From: Macrostomum lignano
Taxonomy: Eukaryota
Assembly (NCBI GenBank): GCA_002269645.1
Contig: NIVC01001920.1
Span: 157,743 to 221,742, forward strand
Length of the DNA: 64,000 bases
Direction of reading: 5' to 3'
Each line of letters begins with the position of its first letter. Within the stretch, counting starts at the first letter, position 1. The notes under the pieces were generated by a model. That model ran no database searches, was not told the origin of the DNA, and saw only the letters and a list, made by a program, of their open reading frames with translations. Position numbers and translations under genes: made by a program. Below are positions 11,001-22,526 of the stretch, one piece after another.

Positions 11001-11618
11001 ATGGCAACAGTGGAGCAGCTGCTGCGGGCCTGCCGCTCCGGCCGCCTGTCAGCGGTGACGCAGTGCCTGCAGCTCGGCGCCGACGTTAACGCAGCCTGGC
11101 CAGGCGACCAGACGGACCGGACGCCGTTGCTGGCCGCCCTGGAGGCGGGGCACCAGGAGGTGGCGGAGCACCTGGTCGCCAAGGGCGCCGACGTCGGCAG
11201 GCCGGACAGGAGGGGCTCCACGCCTCTGCACGTGGCCGCCCGCGGCAACAACGTGGCGGGCGTCCGGCTGCTGATCGGCCGCGGCGCCGACCGGAACACG
11301 CAGGACGCGGCCGGCCGCAGCCCGCTGATGCAGGCGGTGCAGTCGGGCGCCCTGGCCGCGGCCACCGAGCTGGCGTTGCGCAGCGGGCCGGGGCTGCTGC
11401 TGGAGCTCGAAACCCGGCCGGGCGGCGACACGGCCTTCACGCTGGCCGCGGCCACCGGCAGCGTGGCGATGCTGGGCCTGCTGGTGCGGGCGGGCTCCGA
11501 CATCCGCCGGGTGAACGGGCGGGGCCGGGACGCGCTGGCGGTTGCTGGGGACCTCGGCAACCAGGCGGCCGAGCGGTTCCTGGCTGAGCTGTACATCCGC
11601 AGCGGCCGCGGCACTTGA
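11001..11618 (+). CDS. Ankyrin-repeat protein, 205 aa, intronless
   Basis: Ankyrin motifs RTPLLAALEAGHQEVAEHLVAKGADV, GSTPLHVAARGNNVAGVRLLIGRGAD, GRSPLMQAVQSG and GDTAFTLAAATGSVAMLGLLVRAGSD. ATG in CCCCATGG context. Confidence 0.9.
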   Translation: MATVEQLLRACRSGRLSAVTQCLQLGADVNAAWPGDQTDRTPLLAALEAGHQEVAEHLVAKGADVGRPDRRGSTPLHVAARGNNVAGVRLLIGRGADRNTQDAAGRSPLMQAVQSGALAAATELALRSGPGLLLELETRPGGDTAFTLAAATGSVAMLGLLVRAGSDIRRVNGRGRDALAVAGDLGNQAAERFLAELYIRSGRGT

Positions 11619-11914
11619 AGCTGCATGGTCCGGGAGCTCTTGCTGACGGACCGGAGCAGCGATGAGCCGCTGCAGGAACTCAGGCTCTTCTGTCTCTACT
11701 GCGCTCTTACTGTACATGTATTCCAAATTGCTCTGTTTATGTATCGATTTTTTGCGTGTATGTTTGAGACCGTCTGCGCGCCACCACTCTTCCAACCCCT
11801 ATTCTGTCCGCCTCTCGAACTCTGTAAGTGTTCCAACATCCCATTTTTATTGTCTGGCCCCGTGATCTGAGGAGTCATCTACTAGTAGAACTAGGGCCTG
11901 AAACAATTAGTTAT

Positions 11915-12565
11915 ACAGTCTGCTGTGTTCAATTCTACAGTCTGCTGTTACAATTCTACAGTCTGCTGTTACAATTCTACAGTCTGCTGTGTCCAATTCT
12001 ACAGCCTGCTGTGTACAATTCTACAGTCTGCTGTGTACAATTCTACAGCCTGCTGTGTACAATTCTACAGTCTGCTGTGTACAATTCTACAGTCTGCTGT
12101 GTCCAATTCTACAGCCTGCTGTGTACAATTCTACAGTCTGCTGTGTACAATTCTACAGTCTGCTGTGTACAATTCTACAGTCTGCTGTGTCCAATTCTAC
12201 AGCCTGCTGTGTACAATTCTACAGTCTGCTGTGTTCAATTCTACAGTCTGCTGTGTCCAATTCTACAGCCTGCTGTGTACAATTCTACAGTCTGCTGTGT
12301 ACAATTCTACAGCCTGCTGTGTACAATTCTACAGTCTGCTGTGTACAATTCTACAGTCTGCTGTGTCCAATTCTACAGCCTGCTGTGTACAATTCTACAG
12401 TCTGCTGTGTTCAATTCTACAGTCTGCTGTGTACAATTCTACAGTCTGCTGTGTTCAATTCTACAGTCTGCTGTGTACAATTCTACAGTCTGCTGTGTTC
12501 AATTCTACAGTCTGCTGTGTACAATTCTACAGTCTGCTGTGTTCAATTCTACAGTCTGCTGTTAC
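11915..12565. repeat. 22-bp minisatellite (ACAATTCTACAGTCTGCTGTGT), about 29 copies
   Basis: Tandem periodicity. The overlapping ORFs repeat every 22 aa. Confidence 0.97.
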
Positions 12566-13313
12566 AATCTACAATTTACTATCTACAGTCTTCAATTTAG
12601 TCTGTTCAGTTGAATTTCTCGGAATCTCACTGGGAAAAATTTCATAATCTCGAAATTTCAGAGTCGATAACTCTTATTAGTCTTTTCTTACGCCAGCTCA
12701 CAACTTAAACGTAAACGATACGAATTTTCGAGCTTGTGAAGTTTCGCTTTAGTGTGAAAGTAACAGGATTGAAATTTAGAAGATATGCAAAGTTCCGAGC
12801 TGATGAAGTTTACTATGAAATTTTGAGATTCTACAAAATCTTTATGAAAATTCTAACAAAAAACTTGTAGAATTTCAGATAAGCCAATAACTGTATTAAT
12901 TATTTAACGCCTTGTATTAGGACAAATCTAACGCTATATTGACACTCTAATAGCTAATCACTAGCTACATGTGCAACTACTACACAGCAATGCATCAATC
13001 AGCTTTACAACGCCGAACTGAGATGACGCAAACACGCCAGAAAAGAAGCAGCCAGGATTAGAACAATAAAGCAAATAAAGCCGGTTAGGAAAAGCACTGG
13101 CCACCTTAGCTAGGGAGGAAGGCAAATGTAGCTAATCTGATCCCAATTAGGAGAGCGCAGGTGCCCAGCAGCGCATACTTGAATGGAAATAAAAATCTAA
13201 ATATAGATCTGTCAGCCAGCGGCATAAACAGCGATTGAATCGGCTATTGACTAAGCAAATATTCAACCAAAACAGCGCCCAGAAAATATCGCATCTGAAC
13301 TGCAGGCGGCCAG

Positions 13314-14459
13314 CTACAGGGACTGCAGAACCTCATCCGCCAGCGTGCAGGTGGCCTTGGTGGGGTCCGGCTCCACGTCCAGCTGCTTCACCACACCGTC
13401 CTCGATCACCATGACGAACCGCTTGGCCCGGAGGCCGCCCAGCAGGTGGCTGAGGTCCAGCGACAGGCCGGCGGCCTCCACAAAGATGGCCTGGGTGTCG
13501 CTGAGCATGCGCACCTGAGAGTTGGGGGGGGGGGCAGCTCGGGAAGGTCACGGCGATTTCAAATCTGGCAAGATATTTATGATTGTTCATTAGCAGCCAC
13601 TTTCCACAGCTTCAGTCCCCAATCCCATTGTGTCTGTCAAAACTTGGCCGATTGCATTACCGAGGTAATACCGAATGCCAAGCACCTGAGTGCATCCAGT
13701 TCAATGAATTTAAGAAAACTTTGGAGACTCAGGAATTAAGCTGTGAAAATGTTGGCAAGGCACTCTGCCTAGCTGTGAGAATCCAGTCAATGCAGTGACT
13801 GGTAATCCAGTCAAGACAGTGACAACTCCCAGTCAAGACAGTGACAATCCAGTCAGGACAGTGACAATCCAGTCAAGGCAGTGACAATCCAGTCAAGGCA
13901 GTGACAATTCCCAGTCAAGGCAGTGACAATTCCCAGTCAAGGAAGTGACAACCCAGTCAAGGCAGTGATAATCCAGTCAAGGCAGTGATAATCCAGTCAA
14001 GGCAGTGACAATCCAGTCAAGGCAGTGATAATCCAGTCAAGGCAGTGACAAGAGCCAGACGTGTTTATCGCTGAGCTGCTCTGCCCAGCTGCTCACCTTT
14101 CCCTCAGCTCCGTTCGCGTCAGACCAGGCCTGCATGACGAACGGGTCGTTAACTGCCAGACAGAACACCTGGCTGATTCCCTTGGCCTTGAGCTTGTCGT
14201 AATCCCGCACGTAGCTGGGCAGGTGCACCCGGCTGCAGGTCGGCGTGAAGGCGCCCGGCACGCCGAACAGAATGCTGCGCTGGCCGGCGAACAGCTCCTG
14301 AAGGTTGACCTTCTTCATCTCGGGGCCCTCCACCAGCTCCATGGCTGGCAGCTTGTCGCCAACCTTCAGCGACATGGCGCGGGCCGGCAGCAGCTGGCCA
14401 GCCAGCCGGAGCCGCAGGGAGCCCAGCTGGCCTGCACAGAAGCCCAGACGGTGCATCAT
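13314..14459 (-). CDS. PRDX5: Peroxiredoxin-5 (atypical 2-Cys), 187 aa long form, 2 exons
   Basis: Exons 14459-14097 and 13514-13314 with a phase-0 intron (GTGAGC...CAG). Peroxidatic motif GVPGAFTPTCSRVHLP, VNDPFVMQAW, resolving Cys in ATCTLA. Second in-frame ATG at 14375 (MSLKVGDKLP). Confidence 0.96.
13785..14050. repeat. 20-bp intronic minisatellite (CAGTGACAATCCAGTCAAGG) in PRDX5
   Basis: Tandem copies inside the PRDX5 intron. Confidence 0.93.
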
Positions 14460-14651
14460 CGAGCTGGCTGCGGGGGTGGGGCTGCAGACCAAATTAAATC
14501 TTATAGCACTTATTGACTCTCCTCTGTAATCTAATTTTTATCTGAGAAGGAGCTGTCATACCTTTACAACCTAATTCGTCTTCAATAATTTTCGTTACCA
14601 TGTCTTTTACATGTTTAATCAACTCTTTTATTGCCCAGCTAATGCACATGT

Positions 14652-15005
14652 GATCCAACTCACTCCCCAGTGACCCAACTCACTCCTCAGTGACCCAGCT
14701 CACTCCTCAGTGTCCCAACTCACTCCCAGTGACCCAACTCACTCCCCAGTGACCCAACTCACTCCCCAGTGACCCAATTCACTCCTCGTTGACCCAATTT
14801 ACTCACCAATGAGCTAATTTACTCATCAATGAGGTAATTTACTCATCAATGAGGTAATTTACTCATCAATAAGCTAGTTTAGTCGTCAATGAGCTAGTTT
14901 ACTTATCGATGAGCTAATTTACTCACCAATGATCTATTCTACTCATTTAATGACCCATTTTACTAATCGGTGAGCCAACTTACTCATCAATGACCAAGTC
15001 ACTCC
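14652..15005. repeat. 20-bp tandem array with progressive unit drift
   Basis: GACCCAACTCACTCCCCAGT grades into GAGCTAATTTACTCATCAAT at a constant 20-bp period. Confidence 0.85.
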
Positions 15006-15717
15006 TCTAACTGCACTGTCCGAAACCTGGGATCCAGGAGTATGCACCCTGAAAACCTGACTAAGTAAACTTTCCCGCAATGCCAAAAGAAAAAGACAGC
15101 AAAGACAGCTCAAATTTATACAGATGCTGGAGAACATTGTTTCAGAAAATTCACATCAGGCCCGGTGACAGCCAGATTAAGCAACTACTCAGACATCAAG
15201 GTGCTGAACGGTCATTGCAGTCAGTGCACGGCTAAACACAGGAAAAGCCTGGGTCAAGCACAAACCACTGGGACGCAGGGCGAGAGCAAAGCGATAGAAG
15301 GGAGTTAAAACACAGGATCGATGAGTAATAGAGATAGATGGCTTAGCGTTACAAATACAGCAATAATAGGTCCACATTCAAGTACTACTACTGACAGTTC
15401 ATAACAGTAGTTAATGAAGCAGGTGCAATATATAACTAGCCATAAATAAAACTTATAGGGATGCAGAGGAGAAACGGGGACTGAAAAACAACAGCAAACA
15501 GTGAGCCGCTGGGTTCACAGTGCAATTATATTAATAAACAATGACTCGCCTATCCAGCAATCTAGATTAGCTATGATACACCGGCAGTGGCTGCTGCTCA
15601 CGCACTCACAAAAGTGTCTTCTATTCAATGCCAATTTGAGTCTAAATGATGCTGCATCGAATAAAATCCGCACTATACTACTAGCCAGCCGCTGCACTAT
15701 GAGTAGTAAGCCGCAGC

Positions 15718-18700
15718 TCAGCCCGTGTAGTTGCCGCTCTCAAACAGCTGCTCGTCGTAGAAATCGGCTCCAACTCGGCGGCCGCCGAAGTACCGACCAT
15801 CCAGGCCTTCGATGGCCCTGACGGCCTCGGCCGGCTCGGCGAACCGGACAAATACAACGACGGTGCCGCCGGTCTCCGGAGCAAAAACCACCAGGTTGGC
15901 CACGGTGCCGAACTTGGCGCACTCCTCGGTGACGTCCTCCTGGAACTGGTCGTCCAGCTCGCTGGCCGAGCCCACCAGGTTGCGCAGGGTTACCACCCGG
16001 CTGGGCCGCTGCAGGCGCTGCGTGAGCACCTGCCGGGCCTCGGAGCCGCGCACTGTCGGCTCGGCCTCCAGCATCTGCTCCGTGCCCGCCGTCTGCCGAT
16101 CGGCCGCCGCTCCCTGCTGGTTGGCTGCTGCGGACTCTGAGGGGATTCGAATTCGAGCCGGGAACCGCATAGCAACCAATTTTGAGCAGATATGGACTTA
16201 CCTGATTGCCTATGGTATGCGGACCAACCAGCCTGCCTACTATCGAGTAACAAGTAAGGGATTATTTAGAGCGAATCTATGCACTACTTTGCTCAGTAGC
16301 TTATAGCTGCATAGACTATCAAGTCCACTTCCACTGATATTTTAAACCTGCTTATTATGGAAATATCGACTATTAGCCTTCTTTCTGGTGTAGCAAAAGT
16401 AATTCTCAGTGCGATTCTCCTGACTGCTCAACTACACATGTACATGATGTACTTCCGTGATTCCTGACTGCTCAACTACACATGTACATGATGTACCTCC
16501 GTGGTTCTCCTGACTGCTCAACTACACATGTACATGATGTACCTCCGTGGTTCTCCTGACTGCTCAACTACACATGTACATGATGTATCTCCGTGGTTCT
16601 CCTGACTGCTCAACTACACATGTACATGATGTACCTCCGTGATTCCTGACTGCTTAACTACACATGTACATGATGTACCTCTGCGATTCCCCTGACTGCT
16701 CAACTACACATGTACATGATGTACTTCCGTGGTTCCCCTGACTGCTCAACTACACATGTACCTTCGTGATTCCTCTGACTGCTCAACTAAATGTTCTCGT
16801 ACCTCTGCGACCGACCACGCGGCTTATTGACCGACAAACCGATAGACAGCTACACGCAGACTTCAGAATGCGAGCGGGCTGTGGACGGGGGTGCGGGAGG
16901 GGCAGCGAGTGGAGACGCGACAGGCTGGGGTGAGAGGAGAGGGCGGGCCTGCGGGGGTCTCAGTAAAAAGTGCACCGACAGACGCCAAGTGCGGCGGGCG
17001 GCAACGCCTTCGAATTGAAGACTCAGACAGCCTTGAAGCGGCCAGAGAGGCTGAGCGCGGGCCCACTGGCTCATCAATCTCTCCAAGTCTGAGCACTGCT
17101 AAAATTGGAAGTCGGTCAGGATAGGAGAGAATAGCCAGTCGGAGTCTGAGCTGAGCATGACGAGCAAAAGGCCAGAAGTTTTGTAAAATAATCAATTCAG
17201 CGAGACTCTAGCTTGGCCTTTGAGCAAGCTGAGAACAGACAAGAAGCAGAAATCCGGCTTAGAAAGATGAGGCAGGTGGCTTAATGGATAGAAATTTAGA
17301 AAAGCAGAAACAGGATTTATGGAAGTGATTCCAGAAACGGAAATGCAACAAGATATGACTAAAAAATTGCAGGAAGCCTCGATGTAATTGAAAAGTGCAG
17401 AGTGAGATGACTGTGGCAGGCATCCGGATCTGGGATGGCGGTGGCCCAGCAACTGAGGATCTGGGAGGGCGGCCCAGCAGCTGAGGATCTGGGAGGGCAG
17501 CCCAGCAACTGAGGATCTGGGATGGCGGTGGCCCAGCAACTGAGGATCTGGGAGGGCGGCCCAGCAGCTGAGGATCTGGGAGGGCAGCCCAGCAACTGAG
17601 GATCTGGGATGGCGGTGGCCCAGCAACTGGGGATCTGGGATGGTGGTGGCCCAGCAACTGAGGATCTGGGAGGGCAGCCCAGCAACTGAGGATCTGGGAG
17701 GGCGGCCCAGCAGCTGAAGATCTAGAAGATCGGCCCAGCAGCTGAGGATCTGGGAGGGCGGCCCAGCAGCTGAAGATCTAGAAGATCGGCCCAGCAGCTG
17801 AAGATCTGGGAGGGCGGCCCAGCAACTGAGGATCTGGGAGGGCGGCCCAGCAGCTGAAGATCTGGGAGGGCAGCCCAGCAACTGAGGATCTGGGAGGGCG
17901 ATTGTCCAGCAACTGAGAATCTGGGATGGTGGCCCAGCAACTGAGGATCTGGCAGGGCGGCCCAGTAACTGAGGATCTGGGAGGGCAGCCCAGCAACTGA
18001 GGATCTGGGAGGGCAGCCTAGCAACTGAGGATCTGGGAGGGCAGCCCAGCAACTGAGGATCTGGGAGGGCAGCCCAGCAACTGAGGATCTGGGAGGCTGG
18101 CCCAGCAACTGAGGATCTGGGAGGGCGGCCCAGCAGCTGAAGATCTAGAAGATCGGCCCAGCAGCTGAAGATCTGGGAGGGCGGCCCAGCAACTGAGGAT
18201 CTGGGAGGGCGGCCCAGCAGCTGAAGATCTGGGAGGGCAGCCCAGCAACTGAGGATCTGGGAGGGCGATTGTCCAGCAACTGAGAATCTGGGATGGTGGC
18301 CCAGCAACTGAGGATCTGGCAGGGCGGCCCAGTAACTGAGGATCTGGGAGGGCAGCCCAGCAACTGAGGATCTGGGAGGGCAGCCCAGCAACTGAGGATC
18401 TGGGAGGGCAGCCCAGCAACTGAGGATCTGGGAGGGCAGCCCAGCAACTGAGGATCTGGGAGGGCAGCCCAGCAACTGAGGATCTGGGAGGCTGGCCCAG
18501 CAACTGAGGATCTGGGAGGGCGGCCCAGCAACTGAAGATCTGGGAGGGCGGCCCAGCAACAGAGGATCTGGGAGGGCAGCCCAGCAACTGAGGATCTGGG
18601 AGGCTGGCCCAGCAACTGAGGATCTGGGAGGGCGGCCCAGCAACTGAGAATCTTACACCAGGAATGGTTGACACCATTGGATAGAAGAGTCAATACAAAT

Positions 18701-21700
18701 GAAACCGTACAGTTGAAGGCTGTACAGCTGCTCATCATATTCTACGCAATAATGTCTAGTCATGACGTCATAAAATAAGCAATTAAAGCTCAGAAAATCC
18801 ACAGCGAACAGCGTGTGTCTCACCTTGAGCTGGCGGAGGCTGACCCGGCTCCGCGGCCTGGGTCCCGGTGGCGGCAGCCGGCTTGGCGGGCTGGTTGGCC
18901 AGGGCGGCGGCGAGGCCGGGCATGAGGGTGGTGGGGTTGGTGATGGCCCGGCCAACGCGGAGCAGCTGGCCGCCCAGGTCGAAATTGTTCATGCTGCCCA
19001 TGGCGTCAGTGGCGGCTTGGTTCTGAGATTCAGGCGCGGAAGCAGGGGCGGTGTGCAGCGAATAAAACTGTAGGCTGGCACGTTCGTGGACTGGTCTCTT
19101 GGGTCCTTTGGTGGACTGGTCTATTGGGTCCTTTGGTGGACTGGTCCCCTGGGTCCTTTGGTGGACTGGTCTCTTGGGTCCTTTGGTGGACTGGTCCCCT
19201 GGGTCCTTTGGTGGACTGGTCTCTTGGGTCCTTTGGTGGACTGGTCCCCTGGGTCCTTTGGTGGACTGGTCTCTTGGGTCCTTTGGTGGACTGGTCCCCT
19301 GGGTCCTTTGGTGGACTGGTCCCCTGGGTCCTTTGGTGGACTGGTCTCTTGGGTCCTTTGGTGGACTGGTCCCCTGGGTCCTTTGGTGGACTGGTCCCCT
19401 GGGTCCTTTGGTGGACTGGTCTCTTGGGTCCTTTGGTGGACTGGTCTCTTGGGTCCTTCGGTGGACTGGTCTCTTGGGTCCTTTGGTGGACTGGTCTATT
19501 GGGTCCTTTGGTGGACTGGCCTCTGGGTCCTTTGGTGGACTGGTCTATTGGGTCCTTTGGTGGACTGGTCTCTTGGGTCCTTTGGTGGACTGGTCTCTTG
19601 GGTGCTTCGGTGGACTGGTCTCTTGGGTCCTTTGGTGGACTGGTCTATTGGGTCCTTTGGTGGACTGGTCTCTTGGGTCCTTTGGTGGACTGGTCTATTG
19701 GGTCCTTTGGTGGACTGGTCTCTTGGGTCCTTTGGTGGACTGGTCTCTTGGGTCCTTTGGTGGACTGGTCTATTGGGTCCTTCGGTGGACTGGTCTATTG
19801 GGTCCTTCGGTGGAATGGTCCCCTGGGTCCTTTGGTGGACTGGTCCCCTGGGTCCTTTGGTGGACTGGTCTCTTGGATCCTTCGGTGGAATGGTCCCTTG
19901 GGTCCTTTGGTGGACTGGTCCCTGGGTCCTTTGGTGGACTGGTCCCCTGGATCCTTCGGTGGATTGGTCTCTTGGATCCTTCGGTGGAATGGTCCCCTGG
20001 GTCCTTTGGTGGACTGGTCTCTTGGATCCTTCGGTGGAATGGTCCCCTGGGTCCTCTGGTGAACTGGTCTCTTGGGTCCTTTGGTGGACTGGTCTCTTGG
20101 ATCCTTCGGTGGAATGGTCCCCTGGGTCCTCTGGTGAACTGGTCTCTTGGGTCCTTTGGTGGACTGGTCTATTGGGTCCTTCGGTGGAATGGTCTATTGG
20201 GTCCTTTGGTGGACTGGTCTCTTGGGTCCTTTGGTGGACTGTTCTATTGGGTCCTTTGGTGGACTGGTCTATTGGGTCCTTTGGTGGACTGGTCTCTTGG
20301 GTCCTTTGGTGGACTGGTCTCTTGGGTCCTTTGGTGGACTGGTCTATTGGGTCCTTTGGTGGAATGGTCTCTTGGATCCTTCGGTGGAATGGTCCCCTGG
20401 GTCCTTTGGTGGACTGGTCTCTTGGATCCTTCGGTGGAATGGTCCCCTGGGTCCTCTGGTGAACTGGTCTCTTGGGTCCTTTGGTGGACTGGTCTCTTGG
20501 ATCCTTCGGTGGAATGGTCCCCTGGGTCCTCTGGTGAACTGGTCTCTTGGGTCCTTTGGTGGACTGGTCTCTTGGATCCTTCGGTGGAATGGTCTATTGG
20601 GTCCTCTGGTGAACTGGTCTCTTGGGTCCTTCGGTGGAATGGTCCCCTGGGTCCTCTGGTGAACTGGTCTCTTGGGTCCTTTGGTGGACTGGTCTCTTGG
20701 ATCCTTCGGTGGAATGGTCCCCTGGGTCCTTTGGTGGACTGGTCTCTTGAATCCTTCGGTGGAATGGTCCCCTGGGTCCTTTGGTGGACTGGTCTCTTGG
20801 ATCCTTCGGTGGAATGGTCCCCTGGGTCCTCTGGTGAACTGGTCTCTTGGGTCCTTTGGTGGACTGGTCTGTTGGGTCCTTCGGTGGAATGGTCCCCTGG
20901 GTCCTCTGGTGAACTGGTCTCTTGGGTCCTTTGGTGGACTGGTCTCTTGGATCCTTCGGTGGAATGGTCCCCTGGGTCCTCTGGTGAACTGGTCTCTTGG
21001 GTCCTTCGGTGGAATGGTCCCCTGGGTCCTCTGGTGAACTGGTCTCTTGGGTCCTTTGGTGGACTGGTCTCTTGGATCCTTCGGTGGAATGGTCCCCTGG
21101 GTCCTCTGGTGAACTGGTCTCTTGGGTCCTTTGGTGGACTTGTCCCCTGGTCCTTTGGTGGACTGGTCCCTTGGTTCATGTTAACCTAGTCCACTTGCCG
21201 CCCCCCACCCAATGACCCACCCACCCAATCACCCAATGACCATTGAGGTCTTCTAATAACTTTTTTAAGACAGGCCGCTCAAAGTGCATAGCAACAGACT
21301 AAAGCTCTCACCGTCTCATACTGGATGTAGCCATAGCCCCTGTGCCGCTCCGGCCTCTTGGGGTCGGGCACCAGCGCACAGTACTTGACCGGGCCGAATG
21401 CCTCGAACACGGACCGAAGCTCGCTCTCGGTGAGATCCATGTGCACATTGCACACGTACACAGTGGATTGAAGGCCGCCTTGTTGCACGAGATCTTCAAC
21501 TAGCTGGGCAGGCTGGGGCACGTTGCTGGGCCGGCTGACCCGCAAGGTTCGGCCTGTTAGCACCACGCCGTTCATGCTGTCTATGGCCAGGGTCGCCGCC
21601 TCGGGCAGGTCGTACTCCACGAAGGCGAATCCCTTGTGCCGTTGCTGCACGGGGTCCCAGCCGACGTCCAGGCTGCGCATCGGGCCGAACGGCATGAAGG

Positions 21701-22526
21701 CGCGGCGGAGGGCCTCCTCGTTGGCGTCCGAGCCGATGCCGCCGACGTATACGCGACTGAGCAGCAGCTGGGCCTGCGCTCTGCGGGAGGTGGCGACATG
21801 GGATTCAGGGAGCGGTCAGAGAGGATCTTAGGCTGGGTCAGAGATGATCTTAGGGTGGGTCAGAGATGATCTTAGGGTGGGTCAGAGACGATCTTAGGGT
21901 GGGTCAAAGAGGATCTTAGGGTGGGTCAGAGACGATCTTAGGGTGGGTCAAAGAGGATCTTAGGGTGGGTCAGAGAGGATCTTAGGGTGGGTCAGAGAGG
22001 ATCTTAGGGTGGGTCAGAGAAGATCTTAGAGTGGGTCAGAGAGAATCTTAGGGTGGGTAAGAGAGAATCTTCTCTCTGGGTCAGAGAGGATCATGGGGTG
22101 CTGGGTGCCTGTGAGTCAGTGAGGATAATGCTAAATGAAGTGGGTCAGCAAGGATAATTGGGGTAATGAGTCAGAAAGCCATAAATACAATTTGATGTCT
22201 GTAAATATTTTTATGTTGATGAGGACACAGAAAAATTTATACCTTCTCATATTAAGCATCTGCTGGTCCTGGTTATGCTGCGACTGCTTCTGCAAAGCCC
22301 GTTGAATGCTGAGCTCCAAAGCGAACCTTTTGGCGGCCTCCAGCCGGACGGCCTCGTCTCCAGTTGGCCGCTGCACAATGGCGCAGGGCCGGTGCCGCCT
22401 GCCGCAGCCAGAGCCGCGGCCCAGCAGAGTTTTCTGCTCCCACTGGTTGTGCAGGGCGTTGGTGGCTGGCAGGCCGTTGCTGGTCAGCAGGCTGTCTATG
22501 GCTGACCTGGCCGGCCGGTCGGCCAT
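15718..22526 (-). CDS. PUF60: Poly(U)-binding splicing factor PUF60/half-pint homologue, about 456 aa, 4 exons
   Basis: Exons 22526-22243, 21780-21312, 19022-18824 and 16136-15718 join in frame (1371 nt). RRM1 RVYVGGI...HKGFAFVEY. RRM2 VYVCNVHMDLTESELRSVFEAFG...HRGYGYIQY...AMGSMNNFDLGGQLLRVGRAIT. C-terminal UHM VVTLRNLV...DVTEECAKFG...GRYFGGRRVGADFYD. The start codon is tentative. Confidence 0.93.
16415..16790. repeat. 46-bp intronic tandem repeat (PUF60 intron 3)
   Basis: Unit CCTGACTGCTCAACTACACATGTACATGATGTACCTCCGTGGTTCT, about 8 copies. Confidence 0.92.
17425..18652. repeat. 28-bp intronic minisatellite (CTGAGGATCTGGGAGGGCGGCCCAGCAA)
   Basis: About 43 copies in PUF60 intron 3. The same unit occurs at 10752-10850. 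Confidence 0.96.
19086..21172. repeat. 25-bp intronic minisatellite (GGACTGGTCTCTTGGGTCCTTTGGT)
   Basis: About 83 copies filling PUF60 intron 2. Confidence 0.97.
21820..22092. repeat. 22-bp intronic minisatellite (GAGAGGATCTTAGGGTGGGTCA)
   Basis: About 12 copies in PUF60 intron 1. Confidence 0.95.

Noticed and set aside
10874-11795. Antisense and alternative-frame ORFs over the ankyrin gene, and likewise over PRDX5, the GPCR, the WD40 exon and BEL pol
   Set aside because: These are shadow ORFs expected from GC3-rich coding DNA.
16863-17195. GC-rich ORFs in PUF60 intron 3 as an extra exon or gene
   Set aside because: PUF60 exon 3 (phase 1) joins the last exon in frame without it, and there is no recognisable motif. 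An alternative exon cannot be excluded without RNA data.
19086-21189. Long ORFs (696, 458, 312 aa), and similar ones at 8620-9276, 11828-12647, 17192-18738, 36637-37851, 37933-38834, 40000-41488 and 47565-48857
   Set aside because: They are translations of stop-free tandem repeats. The peptide period equals the DNA unit length, and several lie inside introns of real genes.
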